The translations under genes and the position numbers were made by a program. From the IMG/VR virus record IMGVR_UViG_3300036859_000764, positions 1 through 51,590 of that record: a stretch of 51,590 nt of DNA; one strand, written 5' to 3'. This stretch comes from a virus. Its lineage: Duplodnaviria; Caudoviricetes. The notes under the pieces are model-generated. The model had not been told where the DNA came from, made no database searches, and saw nothing but the letters and a program-made list of their open reading frames with translations. Below are positions 26,137 through 35,719 of the stretch, one piece after another (the stretch's first letter is position 1; the number at the start of each line of letters is the position of its first letter).

Positions 26137-26346
26137 TTACGGGTTTTTACTGGTCAACGGTTCGCTCTGGGATAGAGCTCGGGTTCGCACCCACGCCTCC
26201 TCGCTCGGCCCCTCGGGACGCTCTCCCAACTCTGCCGTGACGTAGGGCCAATGCCCTTTCACGTTCAGGCCGCACGTGCCGCCTGCGCACGTCATGCATG
26301 ATCCGCTTGTATTCGACAGGCGAGCCCAACAGCATTGGCAGATCAT
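26137..26346 (-). CDS. Small Cys-rich protein
   Basis: CQCC...CMTC...C; GGAGAGGGG RBS. Confidence 0.55.
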   Translation of the reverse strand: MICQCCWARLSNTSGSCMTCAGGTCGLNVKGHWPYVTAELGERPEGPSEEAWVRTRALSQSEPLTSKNP

Positions 26347-27065
26347 CCCCTCTCCCCCTTCGGCTTCGTGCTCAGCGCCCGGATTGCCTCGGCTGATTCG
26401 GTCAGTGCTGTCACGCGGTCGTTGAAGCCACACCGCTCGACCTCTCGCGCCGCCTCCTCCAGCCCCGCCTTCCTGCCCTCCTCGCGGGCCTGGGCCACTT
26501 TGGACAACAGATACCGCGCATGCTCCAACCACACGCCAGCCGCATAGGCTGGTCCCGGCCAGTCCCTCAGCGGCTTAGCGAGATCGTCAAATTCATAGTC
26601 ACACTCCGCACAGATGCAGCCCGATCCATGAAGCTCTTTGCCTACCGGCTGGCGGTTCCAGTGTGCTTGGTTGCATTGATCGCAGGCATGCATGTACGGT
26701 GCCTCATCGCTGTTGCTCACCGGGGGCTGGCTCACCGGCTCCCGATCCCACGGCGTCTTGCCATAACAGAGGCGCCCAACGCTCTTGCACGCTGGGCAGG
26801 GCTCGCTCTCGTCAGCCGCCGGAGGGGCCTCCCCCACCCTCGTCTCGATCAACCATCGCTCACAGGTGCACGTGCCGCAGAACATGGCTACTGGCGTCTT
26901 GTCCTCGCGCACGCGATAGAGCATCGAGCAGCGGCACGCTGGGCAAACGTCGTATTTGTCGATGAAACCACCAGTCGCAACGTAAATCCACGGAAGCATG
27001 GCCTCATAACCGGGCGTGCCCCCGCTCTTGGGCTGGTCCGCGCTCACCGGCTTGTCGTTGCTCAT
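26343..27065 (-). CDS. Cys-rich mosaic protein
   Basis: Several CxxC pairs; C-terminal GLEEAARE...AEAIRAL. Confidence 0.65.
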   Translation of the reverse strand: MSNDKPVSADQPKSGGTPGYEAMLPWIYVATGGFIDKYDVCPACRCSMLYRVREDKTPVAMFCGTCTCERWLIETRVGEAPPAADESEPCPACKSVGRLCYGKTPWDREPVSQPPVSNSDEAPYMHACDQCNQAHWNRQPVGKELHGSGCICAECDYEFDDLAKPLRDWPGPAYAAGVWLEHARYLLSKVAQAREEGRKAGLEEAAREVERCGFNDRVTALTESAEAIRALSTKPKGERG

Positions 27066-27631
27066 CAGACCTCCTCCACCTCGAGCCCTTGGCAGGCCAG
27101 GACGAGGCGCTTCTTGATCGCGAACACTGGGGTCCGGTATCCCTTCGGGTCGTGGATGCGCTTCCGGCCGTGCTCGTCCAGGAACGTGTAGTCCGCGATG
27201 TAGTCGCAGACGTGGTGCCGCGCGCGGCGGAGATCCTTCACGAGCCGCTCGAGCCGAACGCGATCGCCGGCGCCGACGACCCAGCCTTCCGGATCGACCG
27301 ACATCTCGAACTCGATCCCGCCTTCGAGGAACTCCAACAACGCCTCCACCGCCTGGGTCGAGAACACGTCCAACCGGAACCGCTCCTGGTACTGGAGCTC
27401 CGACAGGAGTCCGGCGTTCCGCATCGCGAGGAGGACGGGCTCGTGCGCACGCTCGCGCTTCGACTGGAAGATTCGGCCGGTGCCGTGCTTGGACGCTTCA
27501 GGGACGTTCTTGAACTTCGATGCCGAGGGCTCTACTCGCTCCCGGCACACGAGGCATCGGGAGTGGCCGACCGGCCGGTCCTCGTTGCACTTCGTGCAGA
27601 AGGCGACGCGGATCTTCGCCTGGCGGTTCAT
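27065..27631 (-). CDS. DUF1064-family PD-(D/E)XK nuclease with N-terminal Zn ribbon
   Basis: SKFKNV, FQSKRE, LQYQERFRL, YIADYTF, IHDPKGYRTPVFAIKKRL. Confidence 0.85.
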   Translation of the reverse strand: MNRQAKIRVAFCTKCNEDRPVGHSRCLVCRERVEPSASKFKNVPEASKHGTGRIFQSKRERAHEPVLLAMRNAGLLSELQYQERFRLDVFSTQAVEALLEFLEGGIEFEMSVDPEGWVVGAGDRVRLERLVKDLRRARHHVCDYIADYTFLDEHGRKRIHDPKGYRTPVFAIKKRLVLACQGLEVEEV

Positions 27632-27828
27632 GGGGTGCGCTTCCATCCGTGACCCCTTCGGGCCGTGGGTCCTCCCCCGAGGTGGTATCCAGCGCAGGCA
27701 CGGCAGGGGAACACGTCGAGTTTCGAGCCGTAGGGTAGGTGGGCGCGCGCCTTCATGGCCTGCTCGCGGGTCTCGTACCGGATCTTCCCGCCGCACCACG
27801 GGTGCGCCTTCGTGGCCGTCGTGCTCAC
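27628..27828 (-). CDS. Small Zn-binding phage protein
   Basis: CGGKIRYETREQA...FPCRACAGYHL. Confidence 0.7.
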   Translation of the reverse strand: MSTTATKAHPWCGGKIRYETREQAMKARAHLPYGSKLDVFPCRACAGYHLGGGPTARRGHGWKRTP

Positions 27829-28607
27829 CGGCGCCTCGGTGGGAGGGGGGCGATCGAGCGGCCTTCGGCCTTCATGGCGTCGAGCTCGGAGCGGATCCGG
27901 TCGATCTGGTACCCCATGAGTACCCACTGGCGCATCTCCCGGCGGTCGCGGCGGGTGGGTCGGAAGCCGATCTCGACGGCATAGACCCTGGCCGCCTCGG
28001 CTCTGGCGGTGACCTCCCGCCGTCCGTGGCCGTTGCCTCCCGGTCCGGTGTGTTCGAGGTCTGGAGGGAGATCGAATGGCCCCCCTGCGTCAGCAGGAGG
28101 GGTCGGGGGGGTATTCGTTACCGGAGGGATCCGCAGAACAGCAGGAACAGCAGAACAGGTACTTGGTATATGCCTATCTTTATGTATAGGCGTAGACCTA
28201 CCCTTAGACTTACGCGCCAGCATAGCCGTCTCGACGAACCGGCAACTCCTTCTGTGTGTATGGCTTGAGCCTGGAGAGTCCGGGCATCGGTGGTAGCGAC
28301 GCTGGGACTCTGCCGCCCCCATGTAGTTCGTCCACTCGGCCCAGACGGCGCCTTCCGCGAGGTAAAGCGTGAGCAACCCGTGCTTCTCGTACAGGGCCAG
28401 CCACCGGGAGACCATTTCCTCCGTCACTTCATTACGCTGCTCGTAGGCGTCGCCGAGGATGGCGCGGGGGCTCAACTTGAACCGGCCCCAGTCGTCCCCG
28501 ACGCCGGCCATGAGCCAGGCGTACTCGGCGACGGCCTGTGGGTTCTCATCGTGAACGGCCGCGAGCTTACCGCTCTGGTAGAGGCGCTTCCCCTTGACGA
28601 TGGCCAT
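27825..28607 (-). CDS. Replication initiator-like protein
   Basis: N-terminal winged-helix pattern (DDWGRF...GLLTLY), an internal low-GC repeat tract, and TPPTPP linker. Confidence 0.65.
   Translation of the reverse strand: MAIVKGKRLYQSGKLAAVHDENPQAVAEYAWLMAGVGDDWGRFKLSPRAILGDAYEQRNEVTEEMVSRWLALYEKHGLLTLYLAEGAVWAEWTNYMGAAESQRRYHRCPDSPGSSHTHRRSCRFVETAMLARKSKGRSTPIHKDRHIPSTCSAVPAVLRIPPVTNTPPTPPADAGGPFDLPPDLEHTGPGGNGHGRREVTARAEAARVYAVEIGFRPTRRDRREMRQWVLMGYQIDRIRSELDAMKAEGRSIAPLPPRRR
28133..28215. promoter_or_regulatory. Putative replication origin within the initiator gene
   Basis: GCAG(G)AACA x3, GCCTAT-N8-ATAGGC, TAGACYTAC x2; AT-rich for this genome. Confidence 0.5.
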
Positions 28608-28699
28608 TCAGGCGGTCTCCTGTTGTGACACTCGAAAAAGCCGAACAACCGTCACGTCGTGGCGCGCGGTGGCGTTCAAGATGTGGGAAGCGTCGAGAG

Positions 28700-29050
28700 T
28701 CATGTCCTGAGTGGCCGCACCTTGAAAAAGGGTGGCTCGCCGAGCTCCGGGACGTCGGCCATCAGGCGGCGAGAGAGTCGGCTCGTGATGTGGTCGTTGA
28801 TCTTGTAGCCGTCCGCGTCCGGGCCCACACGCACGCCGGCATCGAAGCGGATCGCGTGGCAGATAGCGTCGATGCTGTAGTGGTGGTACCCGCGCCCCTT
28901 CAGGAGTAGGGCGCGCCGTAGTGCCTCGCGGTAGACCGTCTTGCCATCGTCGGAGGTGAGCCACGCCTCGAACTCCTGCTGCGGATCGAGCGGGCGGCGC
29001 GGCCCGCAGGCGATCTCGGCCGGCGTGAAGTCGAGGGAACCCTGCTCCAT
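28700..29050 (-). CDS. Conserved phage protein
   Basis: HYSIDAICHAIRF...YKINDH...SRRLM pattern. Confidence 0.7.
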   Translation of the reverse strand: MEQGSLDFTPAEIACGPRRPLDPQQEFEAWLTSDDGKTVYREALRRALLLKGRGYHHYSIDAICHAIRFDAGVRVGPDADGYKINDHITSRLSRRLMADVPELGEPPFFKVRPLRT

Positions 29051-29059
29051 GGCCTTGGG

Positions 29060-29296
29060 TCAGTGCGGGTCTTTGGGTCCGAATACGAATGGGGCGGGCG
29101 TAGCTCGGGCTAGGGCCATGCCCGCCCCACCGTCCGCGCATCGCCCAGGATTGGGCGGTCGCGTCTGTGCCGGTTCCTCCGGCCCGTCGTTGTACTTGTT
29201 GAGGCAGGACGTGCGCCCACAGAGAGGATGGCGCGGACCATCTCGGCCCGAGAAGAGGATCGGGCGCTCGCGCACGCCGGCCGGCGCGGTGCTCAC
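29060..29296 (-). CDS. Hypothetical protein, possibly a gene remnant
   Basis: Begins with the common RERPILFSG motif but is short. Confidence 0.35.
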   Translation of the reverse strand: MSTAPAGVRERPILFSGRDGPRHPLCGRTSCLNKYNDGPEEPAQTRPPNPGRCADGGAGMALARATPAPFVFGPKDPH

Positions 29297-29724
29297 GCCG
29301 GTAACTCCATCGCGAATGACCCGTCCTCCTCGCGCACCCTGGTCATGGCGTGGTGGCGCCCGTGCTCCGACGCCGTCAACCGCTCAAGGTTCTCCAGCCG
29401 GTTGTCGGTCTTGTCCTCGTTCTTGTGGTGGACCAACTCGCCGGGACCGAGCGGTCCGTTGGCCGCGACCCATACGATGTCGTGCTCGTAGGCGTAGCCG
29501 TTCCCGAACGCTAGGGGGTGACCAGCTCCGACCCGGACGAGGACGTAGCCGTGAGACGAGAGCATCCGCCCCTCGTTCCACCGTCCGTTCGCCGCGCCTC
29601 GCGCGTGGTTTCCGTGCCGGCCGCGGAGATCCACTCCGATCGACTCCGGCCCATACTTCGCGGCCTTCATTCGCTCCCGGTGCCGCCTCTTTCGGGCGCG
29701 CGCCTTCTCGGGATCACGAGGCAT
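29293..29724 (-). CDS. HNH endonuclease
   Basis: GYAYEHDIVW...VHHKNEDKTDNRLENLE...EHGRHH. Confidence 0.88.
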   Translation of the reverse strand: MPRDPEKARARKRRHRERMKAAKYGPESIGVDLRGRHGNHARGAANGRWNEGRMLSSHGYVLVRVGAGHPLAFGNGYAYEHDIVWVAANGPLGPGELVHHKNEDKTDNRLENLERLTASEHGRHHAMTRVREEDGSFAMELPA

Positions 29725-30724
29725 CGGGAAACTCTCGAATCTGAAGATCAGGCGGAAAGCACTCGAAGTGTCCGCCCTTGGAGTTGTGGACGCAGCGGTT
29801 CGACGCGCCTCCCTGTTTGTAGAAGCACGCCACGCCGGCGGCCTTACACTGCCTGACCGTGGATCGCGCCCACGCCACGTCGAAGGGCCGCGCGCCGGGC
29901 CCGCTCTCGCCGCCGACGATGACCCAGTCGAGGATCGGCTCGTCGTGCGGTTCCTCCGGCCGAGAGCAGTCACAGTCGCAGCGGTAGAACCATCCGGTGA
30001 AGTCCACGCCAGCGAGCGCGGGCTCGTAGGACACGAAGCGCTTCGCGGCGGGCGTCTGTAGCAGGAGCGGGATCCGCGCGTCGGCCGTGGCCTGGTCCTC
30101 GACGGAGGTGCCGAGCCAGACGTTCGGAAGCGGCCACGGTTGGACGTGGCTCAGGTGTCTCTCGTCCTTCGTCCAGAAGCGGTCTTGGTCGCCCAGTGGG
30201 CCCGCGAGGATCTTCTCGGCCGCCATGAGCACCTGGTCCTGGCGGTCCTCGCCCTCCGTCTCCGCTGGCATGTCGACCTGTATCTCGTCCACCTTGAAGG
30301 TCTGCGCCGCTGCCGGTTGCCAGCGCTCGAGCATGTACGCCCGCATCCGCTCCGGGCGCTTCGTGAGCACCTGATACGTGTGCCATGGCGAGAGGGCCAT
30401 CACGGCGAAGACCTGGTCGATGGCCTCGTCTGGGAGCGACTCGTGGAAGAGGTCGCTCATGCTGTTGACGAAGATCCGGCGCGGCTTCTTCCAGCGCAGC
30501 GGGACGTCGAGCATCTTCGGGATCAACTCCGCCTTGCCGGTCCATCGCGGGCCGTGCGGCGTGGCTTGAGCGAACGCCTTGCCGGTGGTCGGCGAGCGCA
30601 TCTCCGGAAGGTTCCGCGCCGCCAGCCGCTCCGCGTAGCAGTTGCGGCAGCCTTCCGAGACGCGAGTACATCCCCGCGTCGGATTCCAAGTCGCGTTGGT
30701 CCACTCGATCGAGGTCTCGCTCAC
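29714..30724 (-). CDS. DUF5131 (phage Gp37/Gp68) radical-SAM-like protein
   Basis: IEWTNATWNPTRGCTRVSEGCRNCYA (CX6CX2C), FVNSMSDLFH, LTKRPER, WVIVGGESG. Confidence 0.92.
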   Translation of the reverse strand: MSETSIEWTNATWNPTRGCTRVSEGCRNCYAERLAARNLPEMRSPTTGKAFAQATPHGPRWTGKAELIPKMLDVPLRWKKPRRIFVNSMSDLFHESLPDEAIDQVFAVMALSPWHTYQVLTKRPERMRAYMLERWQPAAAQTFKVDEIQVDMPAETEGEDRQDQVLMAAEKILAGPLGDQDRFWTKDERHLSHVQPWPLPNVWLGTSVEDQATADARIPLLLQTPAAKRFVSYEPALAGVDFTGWFYRCDCDCSRPEEPHDEPILDWVIVGGESGPGARPFDVAWARSTVRQCKAAGVACFYKQGGASNRCVHNSKGGHFECFPPDLQIREFPDAS

Positions 30725-30882
30725 CGCGTCCGCCTCTCGTATTCCTTGAGGCAGTCCGGACAAGTCGCCTCCCCGTTAATCCGCACCATGAGATTCAGCG
30801 CTGCCCGCGGACCCTTCTTCGCGCAGACGGGCGCTTCGCACAGCCATAACCACATGGCGGGCTCCATCTCCGCGAGCTTCAT
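30721..30882 (-). CDS. Small Zn-finger protein
   Basis: CEAPVC...CPDC; coupled to both neighbours. Confidence 0.5.
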   Translation of the reverse strand: MKLAEMEPAMWLWLCEAPVCAKKGPRAALNLMVRINGEATCPDCLKEYERRTR

Positions 30883-31232
30883 CCGTGCTTGACCGACCAC
30901 GGCTTGCCGTGGATGCGGGCCCACTGGAGGGCGTTGTCGGTCCCGTGCGTGATGTGGCGGCCGCGCTCCTCGGTGCACGCCTTCTTGTGGCAGTCGACGG
31001 CGAAGGCGGCAACGCGATCGCTGGCGGCCACGAGACGACCGTTCCGCTCGTAGGCGCGCTTGCCGAACTCCCGTCGTGACTCCTCGGTGCCGTACTCGGG
31101 GAGCCCGACCCGGTCGACGTTGAAGCTGGTCACCTTCCGGCCGGTCGCGAGGCAGTAGTTATAGGCGGTGCGGTCGACGCCGCCGGCGTCCCCCGTGAGG
31201 ACCTCGTCCTCGGGCGGGGCCACTCCCGACAC
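30879..31232 (-). CDS. SLOG-superfamily (YspA/DprA-like) protein, N-terminus apparently damaged
   Basis: VLTGDAGGVD, AYERNGRLV, VAAF, HGTDNALQWA; lacks the usual N-terminal GSR strand. Confidence 0.6.
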   Translation of the reverse strand: MSGVAPPEDEVLTGDAGGVDRTAYNYCLATGRKVTSFNVDRVGLPEYGTEESRREFGKRAYERNGRLVAASDRVAAFAVDCHKKACTEERGRHITHGTDNALQWARIHGKPWSVKHG

Positions 31233-31254
31233 CGCTCCTTCTGCCGTTCGGGCG

Positions 31255-31518
31255 TCATGTCGTAGCCTTGCGCTCCGCCATCTCGGCCCCTACCGTGGCC
31301 CGATGTGGTCGGCAGTAGTCCTTCTCGACTCGTGGGCTCCACGTGCAGCGGTAGCACATGGGGACGTCGCACGTCTGGCCCGCCTTGGGGCCGGTGAGTG
31401 GGAAATCGCAGAGCCGGTTCGACGGGGCGCCGCAGTAGGCGCACTTCTTCGGCCGGCGGCTACCACTGCTGCAGACGATTCCGGTGAAACCGTCACCCTT
31501 GATCGGCGTGCAGGGCAT
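31255..31518 (-). CDS. Cys-rich phage protein
   Basis: CAYC...LCDFP...TCDVPMCYRC...DYCRPH. Confidence 0.75.
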   Translation of the reverse strand: MPCTPIKGDGFTGIVCSSGSRRPKKCAYCGAPSNRLCDFPLTGPKAGQTCDVPMCYRCTWSPRVEKDYCRPHRATVGAEMAERKATT

Positions 31519-31829
31519 CAGCGCACCTTCCTGTACGGATCGTCGCTGTCCCCAACCTCTGGTCGGAAGCGGAATCCTCGCGAGAGGTTCTTCAGCAAGA
31601 CGCCGATGTCGGCCCCTGGCGAAATGAGGGCCTTGACTTCCGCGTCAGTCGCGTAGCCGATGACGACGTCGTGCAGCAGGCGAGCCTTCGCGATCTCGGA
31701 CGATGCTGCGATCTTGGTGACGACTACTTCGGCCGGGTCGTAAGCCTTCATCCGATCTAGGTTGTCCTCCTGCAAGATGACGAAGATGCTGTATTCGGTG
31801 GCGGAGATGGTGAATGGGATCACGAGCAT
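31518..31829 (-). CDS. Hypothetical protein
   Basis: GGAGG RBS; TGATG coupling. Confidence 0.65.
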   Translation of the reverse strand: MLVIPFTISATEYSIFVILQEDNLDRMKAYDPAEVVVTKIAASSEIAKARLLHDVVIGYATDAEVKALISPGADIGVLLKNLSRGFRFRPEVGDSDDPYRKVR

Positions 31830-34309
31830 CACGCGGCCTCCGGAGTGATGCGCCCGTCCGCCACCATCAGACGCACGTCCGCGCGCTCCCAGACCTCCGG
31901 TGAGTGCGCCACGAAGAGGCACTGCTCGAAGCCCCCGAGATCCATCGCCCGGCGCAGCATCTCGATGTAGTGCTGGGCGTTCTCGGGGTCGAGGGCGCCG
32001 GCGGTCTCGTCACGCCAGAGGGTTCGGTACTGGATGCTGTTCTTGCGTGCATTGAAAATGCTGAGACCCAGGCCGATGGCCTCGGCCACGATGACGCCCT
32101 CGCCACCGGACAGGCCCTCGATCTTCTGGTGGGCGATCCCGCGGTCGGCGTCGTACACCCGGATCTCGAACGTCTCTGCGAACTCCCCCGGCGCCGTCTT
32201 CTTCTCCCGGAGCGTCTCCAGGTGGACGCTGAACCGCGGCCCGTAGCAGGCCGTCAGGAGGTCGTTGCAGAGGCGGGAGACCTCGGGGCCGGCGGCGTCG
32301 ATTTCGAGGGCCTGCACGCCATCCCGGCCGAGGGCGCGCTCGAGGATCGTCCAGTCGGAGAGGTGGAGGGCGGCCTCGTCCAGGCCCTTACGCGCCTCCT
32401 CCAACTCCTTGCCCATGGTGGCGGCGTGCTCGACGGCGGCGGCCAGTTTCCCGCGGTTCTCGTCGGCGGTGCGCAGGCTGGCCTCGGCACTGCTGCGCTG
32501 TCTGGCCCAGTCATTGACCCTGGCGAACTCGATGCCGACGCTCAGTCCGCCGAGGCTCTCGGCCGCCTCGTGCTCCTTCGTCGCGTCCGCGAGCCGCTTC
32601 TGGGACTCCCGTAGGCGCTCCTTGGCGGCCTTCACCTTCTCGTCCGCGTCGAGTAGCGCCTCGGTGAGGTCCTGCTGGATGCTGGCCGTCTCGGCGTCGA
32701 TCTGCTTCCGCAACCCCTCGGCGGCCTGGACGTCCGCCTCGAGCGCGCGGTCGAGGGAGGTCCGCTCGGCGTCGGTCTCCCGCAGTTGCCGCGCCGCGGT
32801 GGCGAGGACTTCGGCCAGAGCCGCGGTCCGCTGCGCCGTGGGGATGCGGAACACGATCTGGCCGAGGCGGGCCGCGGCCTCGTCTTCCTCCGTGTGGATC
32901 CGCGCTACGCGGTCGTCGAGGGCGGCCGCCTTCTGCCGCGCCTCCTCCGTCTGGGCGATGGTGGCGGGGTCGACCCTCACGTCGGCGATCGCCAGCTTCG
33001 CGTCCCGGGCGCCCTTCAGGAGAGGGCATCTCGCCGACAGGTCAACGTTGATCTTGTGTGGTATGCCCGCGGAGGATCCGGCACCTGTCCACGTCAATGA
33101 CTCCGAGCACGGGGCTTGGTCGATGAGCCCGGCCTGCTTCCGCAGTTCCCGGATCCGCGCGAGGGCCGCGTTCTCCGCGTCTTCGAGGCGCCGCTCCGCC
33201 CCGGCGAGTTCCGCCGCCGCCACGTCCTTCTGCTGGTGGAGGGCGGTGTACCCCTGGATCCTGGCCTTGACGCTGGCCTCCTCGGCGCGGAGGTCGGTGA
33301 TCTCCTGCTCGGCGGCCTGGACCGCGGGGGCCTCGTCCATCGTCTTTCTCAGGTCGTCGACGCGCTTCGAGAGGGCCTTCGCCGCCTCGTCGTGGCGCTC
33401 CTGTGCCCGCTGCCGCATCACGTCGGGGTCCCGGCTCCCGATGGCCTGCCGGCGCTTCAGGGCGGTACCTTGGGCCACCGCGCCCAGGGACTCCGCGGCG
33501 CTCAGGGCGTCCCGGGCTGCGGCGTACTCGCGCGTGGCGGACTGGCGGGCCATCTCGAGCCGCACAAGCCGCTCCTGGGCGCCCTTGGCGCGCTCCAGTG
33601 CCGAGATGGCTGCGGCCTCTTCCTCACGGGCGGTCTGGAGGGCGCCGGCCGCCTTCTCGGCATCCTCCCGAGCGCGCTCGAGCTCGGCGGTCAGGGCCGG
33701 GAGTTGCCCCACCTCCTCCTCCCGGATAGACACCTCGCGGCGCAGGGCGGCCAGGGCGGTCTCAATCTTCTGGCGCCGCTCCTTCGCCCGGCCGGCCAGC
33801 GCTTCGAGGTGGCCGAGGCCCAGGAGTTCCGCGAACAGCTTCTTCCGCTCGGACGGCTTCGCCCCGATGAGGCTGCCAACTTTCGACTGAGCCGAAAAGA
33901 CGCTCGCGAGGAAGAGGTCCTCCGTGCCGAACAGCCGCCGAATCTCCTTCTCGTAGTCGTCCGCCTTCCCGTTGGTGACCGGCTCCCCGTTCCGGAACAC
34001 GTACCCTTCGGTCTTCTCGCGCGCGGCGTCCACCTGCAGGCGGACCTTCAGGAAGTCGGGGGGCGAGCCGCCGTCCACGAAGTCCGCCTCGATGAACGAG
34101 TCCCCGTGCGTCCAGTTGTAGAGGGACCCCGGGCGGGTCGGGAACGCCTTGTAGAGGAGTGCGGGGGTCGCTTCCAAGGCGGTGCTCTTGCCCGCGCCGT
34201 TGCGCCCCACGAGCGCGATGAGCCCCGGGCCGAGTTGGTCGAAGTCGATGCGGACCGGCTCCCCGTTGAAGCGCGTGAGCCCGGCGAACGCCAGCTTGCG
34301 GAGCCTCAC
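31829..34309 (-). CDS. sbcC: SbcC/Rad50-like SMC ATPase
   Basis: Walker A GRNGAGKST, long coiled coil, central Cys pair, signature LSGGE, Walker B LWRDE, H-loop VAH. Confidence 0.92.
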   Translation of the reverse strand: MRLRKLAFAGLTRFNGEPVRIDFDQLGPGLIALVGRNGAGKSTALEATPALLYKAFPTRPGSLYNWTHGDSFIEADFVDGGSPPDFLKVRLQVDAAREKTEGYVFRNGEPVTNGKADDYEKEIRRLFGTEDLFLASVFSAQSKVGSLIGAKPSERKKLFAELLGLGHLEALAGRAKERRQKIETALAALRREVSIREEEVGQLPALTAELERAREDAEKAAGALQTAREEEAAAISALERAKGAQERLVRLEMARQSATREYAAARDALSAAESLGAVAQGTALKRRQAIGSRDPDVMRQRAQERHDEAAKALSKRVDDLRKTMDEAPAVQAAEQEITDLRAEEASVKARIQGYTALHQQKDVAAAELAGAERRLEDAENAALARIRELRKQAGLIDQAPCSESLTWTGAGSSAGIPHKINVDLSARCPLLKGARDAKLAIADVRVDPATIAQTEEARQKAAALDDRVARIHTEEDEAAARLGQIVFRIPTAQRTAALAEVLATAARQLRETDAERTSLDRALEADVQAAEGLRKQIDAETASIQQDLTEALLDADEKVKAAKERLRESQKRLADATKEHEAAESLGGLSVGIEFARVNDWARQRSSAEASLRTADENRGKLAAAVEHAATMGKELEEARKGLDEAALHLSDWTILERALGRDGVQALEIDAAGPEVSRLCNDLLTACYGPRFSVHLETLREKKTAPGEFAETFEIRVYDADRGIAHQKIEGLSGGEGVIVAEAIGLGLSIFNARKNSIQYRTLWRDETAGALDPENAQHYIEMLRRAMDLGGFEQCLFVAHSPEVWERADVRLMVADGRITPEAA

Positions 34310-34557
34310 GACCGGTTCTCGGTGAGCGGGATGCTGTGGCGGATCATGGGCGCGACGTGCGTGGGCGCCTCGGACTGGTACGTTCGGTAGCGCTCCTCGT
34401 GCCCTGATGCATCGCAGTCCGTGCGGCGGCACCGCACTGCTTCGAGCGTGCGCACCTCGTAGAGCCCAGGCTTGACCATCCGGTACTCGTGAGCCTGAGG
34501 CTCGTCCACCATGACGGCCCACGAGTGGAGACCGATGACACAGAGGGGGTTACGCAC
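34306..34557 (-). CDS. Small hypothetical protein between sbcD and sbcC
   Basis: LCVIGLHSW...CRRTDC; GGAGG RBS. Confidence 0.6.
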   Translation of the reverse strand: MRNPLCVIGLHSWAVMVDEPQAHEYRMVKPGLYEVRTLEAVRCRRTDCDASGHEERYRTYQSEAPTHVAPMIRHSIPLTENRS

Positions 34558-35719
34558 CTGACGCCTCCCGCTCGATCTCGTCGAGCTTCTCGTTCAGCCG
34601 CTCCACCGTCGCCGGCGGCAGGACCTCTCCCTTCGCCTCGAAGTACGAGGCGACCTTCTCCTGCGTGGTGCGGGCCTCGGCGATGCTCGCGCTTCGGACG
34701 TGCGCCTGGTGCTCGACGACGACCTCGAGCTTCACGTCGGCGGCGCCCGCCTCTTCCAGCAGTTTCCGGAGCGCGCCCTCGTCGATGCTCCCGAGGTCCT
34801 GCGATCGGACCTTGTAGCGGAGACGGACGAGGGCCCCCGCGAGGCTCAGCGCGCTCGTGTCAGTACCGAGCACGTCGGCCGTGTCGCCGGTGGTGAAGTC
34901 AGCTTCGAGGAGAACGATCGCGCGCGCGGGCAACTCGCGGAACTCGTTGCTCACGAACTTGCCCGCATCATCGAAGGTGACGAGCCGCCATCCCTTCTGC
35001 TCGGGCTCTCCGAAGTTGTGGCGGATCGGGCTCCCGGAGTAGGCCACGCGCCCGTCCATCCACTCCTGCGTCTTGTGGACGTGACCCAGAGCAGCGTACT
35101 CGGCACCGATCTCCTGAATGGCGTAGGGCGAGAGTTCCACCGTCGTTCCCTGGATCACCTGGCCCGTGCTCATGACGGAACCCTGGACCATCGCGTGGGA
35201 GACGAAGATGGGGATGAGCCCTGCGTTGCGGACGCTGGCGGCCTCGGTGCGGAAGCCGATCAGGAGGTCCTCGGCGGTCTCGATCGTGGCCCGGCGCGTC
35301 GTCTCCGTGTCGACCACGGCGTCGAGGCCGGCGACGAGGTGCGCCTTGTCGAACCACGGCAGGGCCAGCATGGCGAACGGGCCCATCCGCGTTGACGTGC
35401 CGGGCCGGGTGGGCCGGTCCACGATCACGATGGGCGAGTCCGTCTGCAGCATGTTGAAGAGCGAGAGGTCGCCCGCGATGTCGTGGTTGCCCTTCACGCC
35501 AAACACGGGGGCGATGTCTGATGCGCTCATGAGGAAGCTGGCCAGGGCGATGCGGTCCGCCGGCGTGGAACGGCGGTCGAAGAAGTCGCCCGCGTGGACG
35601 ATGGCGTTGACCTTCTCATCGGCGGCCTGCTCGATGAAGGCGTCGAGGACGCGGGCGAGGTCCTGCGGCCGGCGCTGGTCGCAGAAATGGGTGTCGGAGA
35701 TGTGGGCGAGGCGGATCAC
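34550..35719 (-). CDS. sbcD: SbcD/Mre11-like nuclease
   Basis: HISDTH, AGDFFD, GNHD, SHAMV, ALGHVHKTQ and YSGSP metallophosphoesterase motifs. Confidence 0.93.
   Translation of the reverse strand: MIRLAHISDTHFCDQRRPQDLARVLDAFIEQAADEKVNAIVHAGDFFDRRSTPADRIALASFLMSASDIAPVFGVKGNHDIAGDLSLFNMLQTDSPIVIVDRPTRPGTSTRMGPFAMLALPWFDKAHLVAGLDAVVDTETTRRATIETAEDLLIGFRTEAASVRNAGLIPIFVSHAMVQGSVMSTGQVIQGTTVELSPYAIQEIGAEYAALGHVHKTQEWMDGRVAYSGSPIRHNFGEPEQKGWRLVTFDDAGKFVSNEFRELPARAIVLLEADFTTGDTADVLGTDTSALSLAGALVRLRYKVRSQDLGSIDEGALRKLLEEAGAADVKLEVVVEHQAHVRSASIAEARTTQEKVASYFEAKGEVLPPATVERLNEKLDEIEREASGA

Noticed and set aside
29293-29724. Second HNH gene as a novel system with DUF5131
   Set aside because: Free-standing HNH genes are common in phage early regions and nothing in the sequence links the two functionally.
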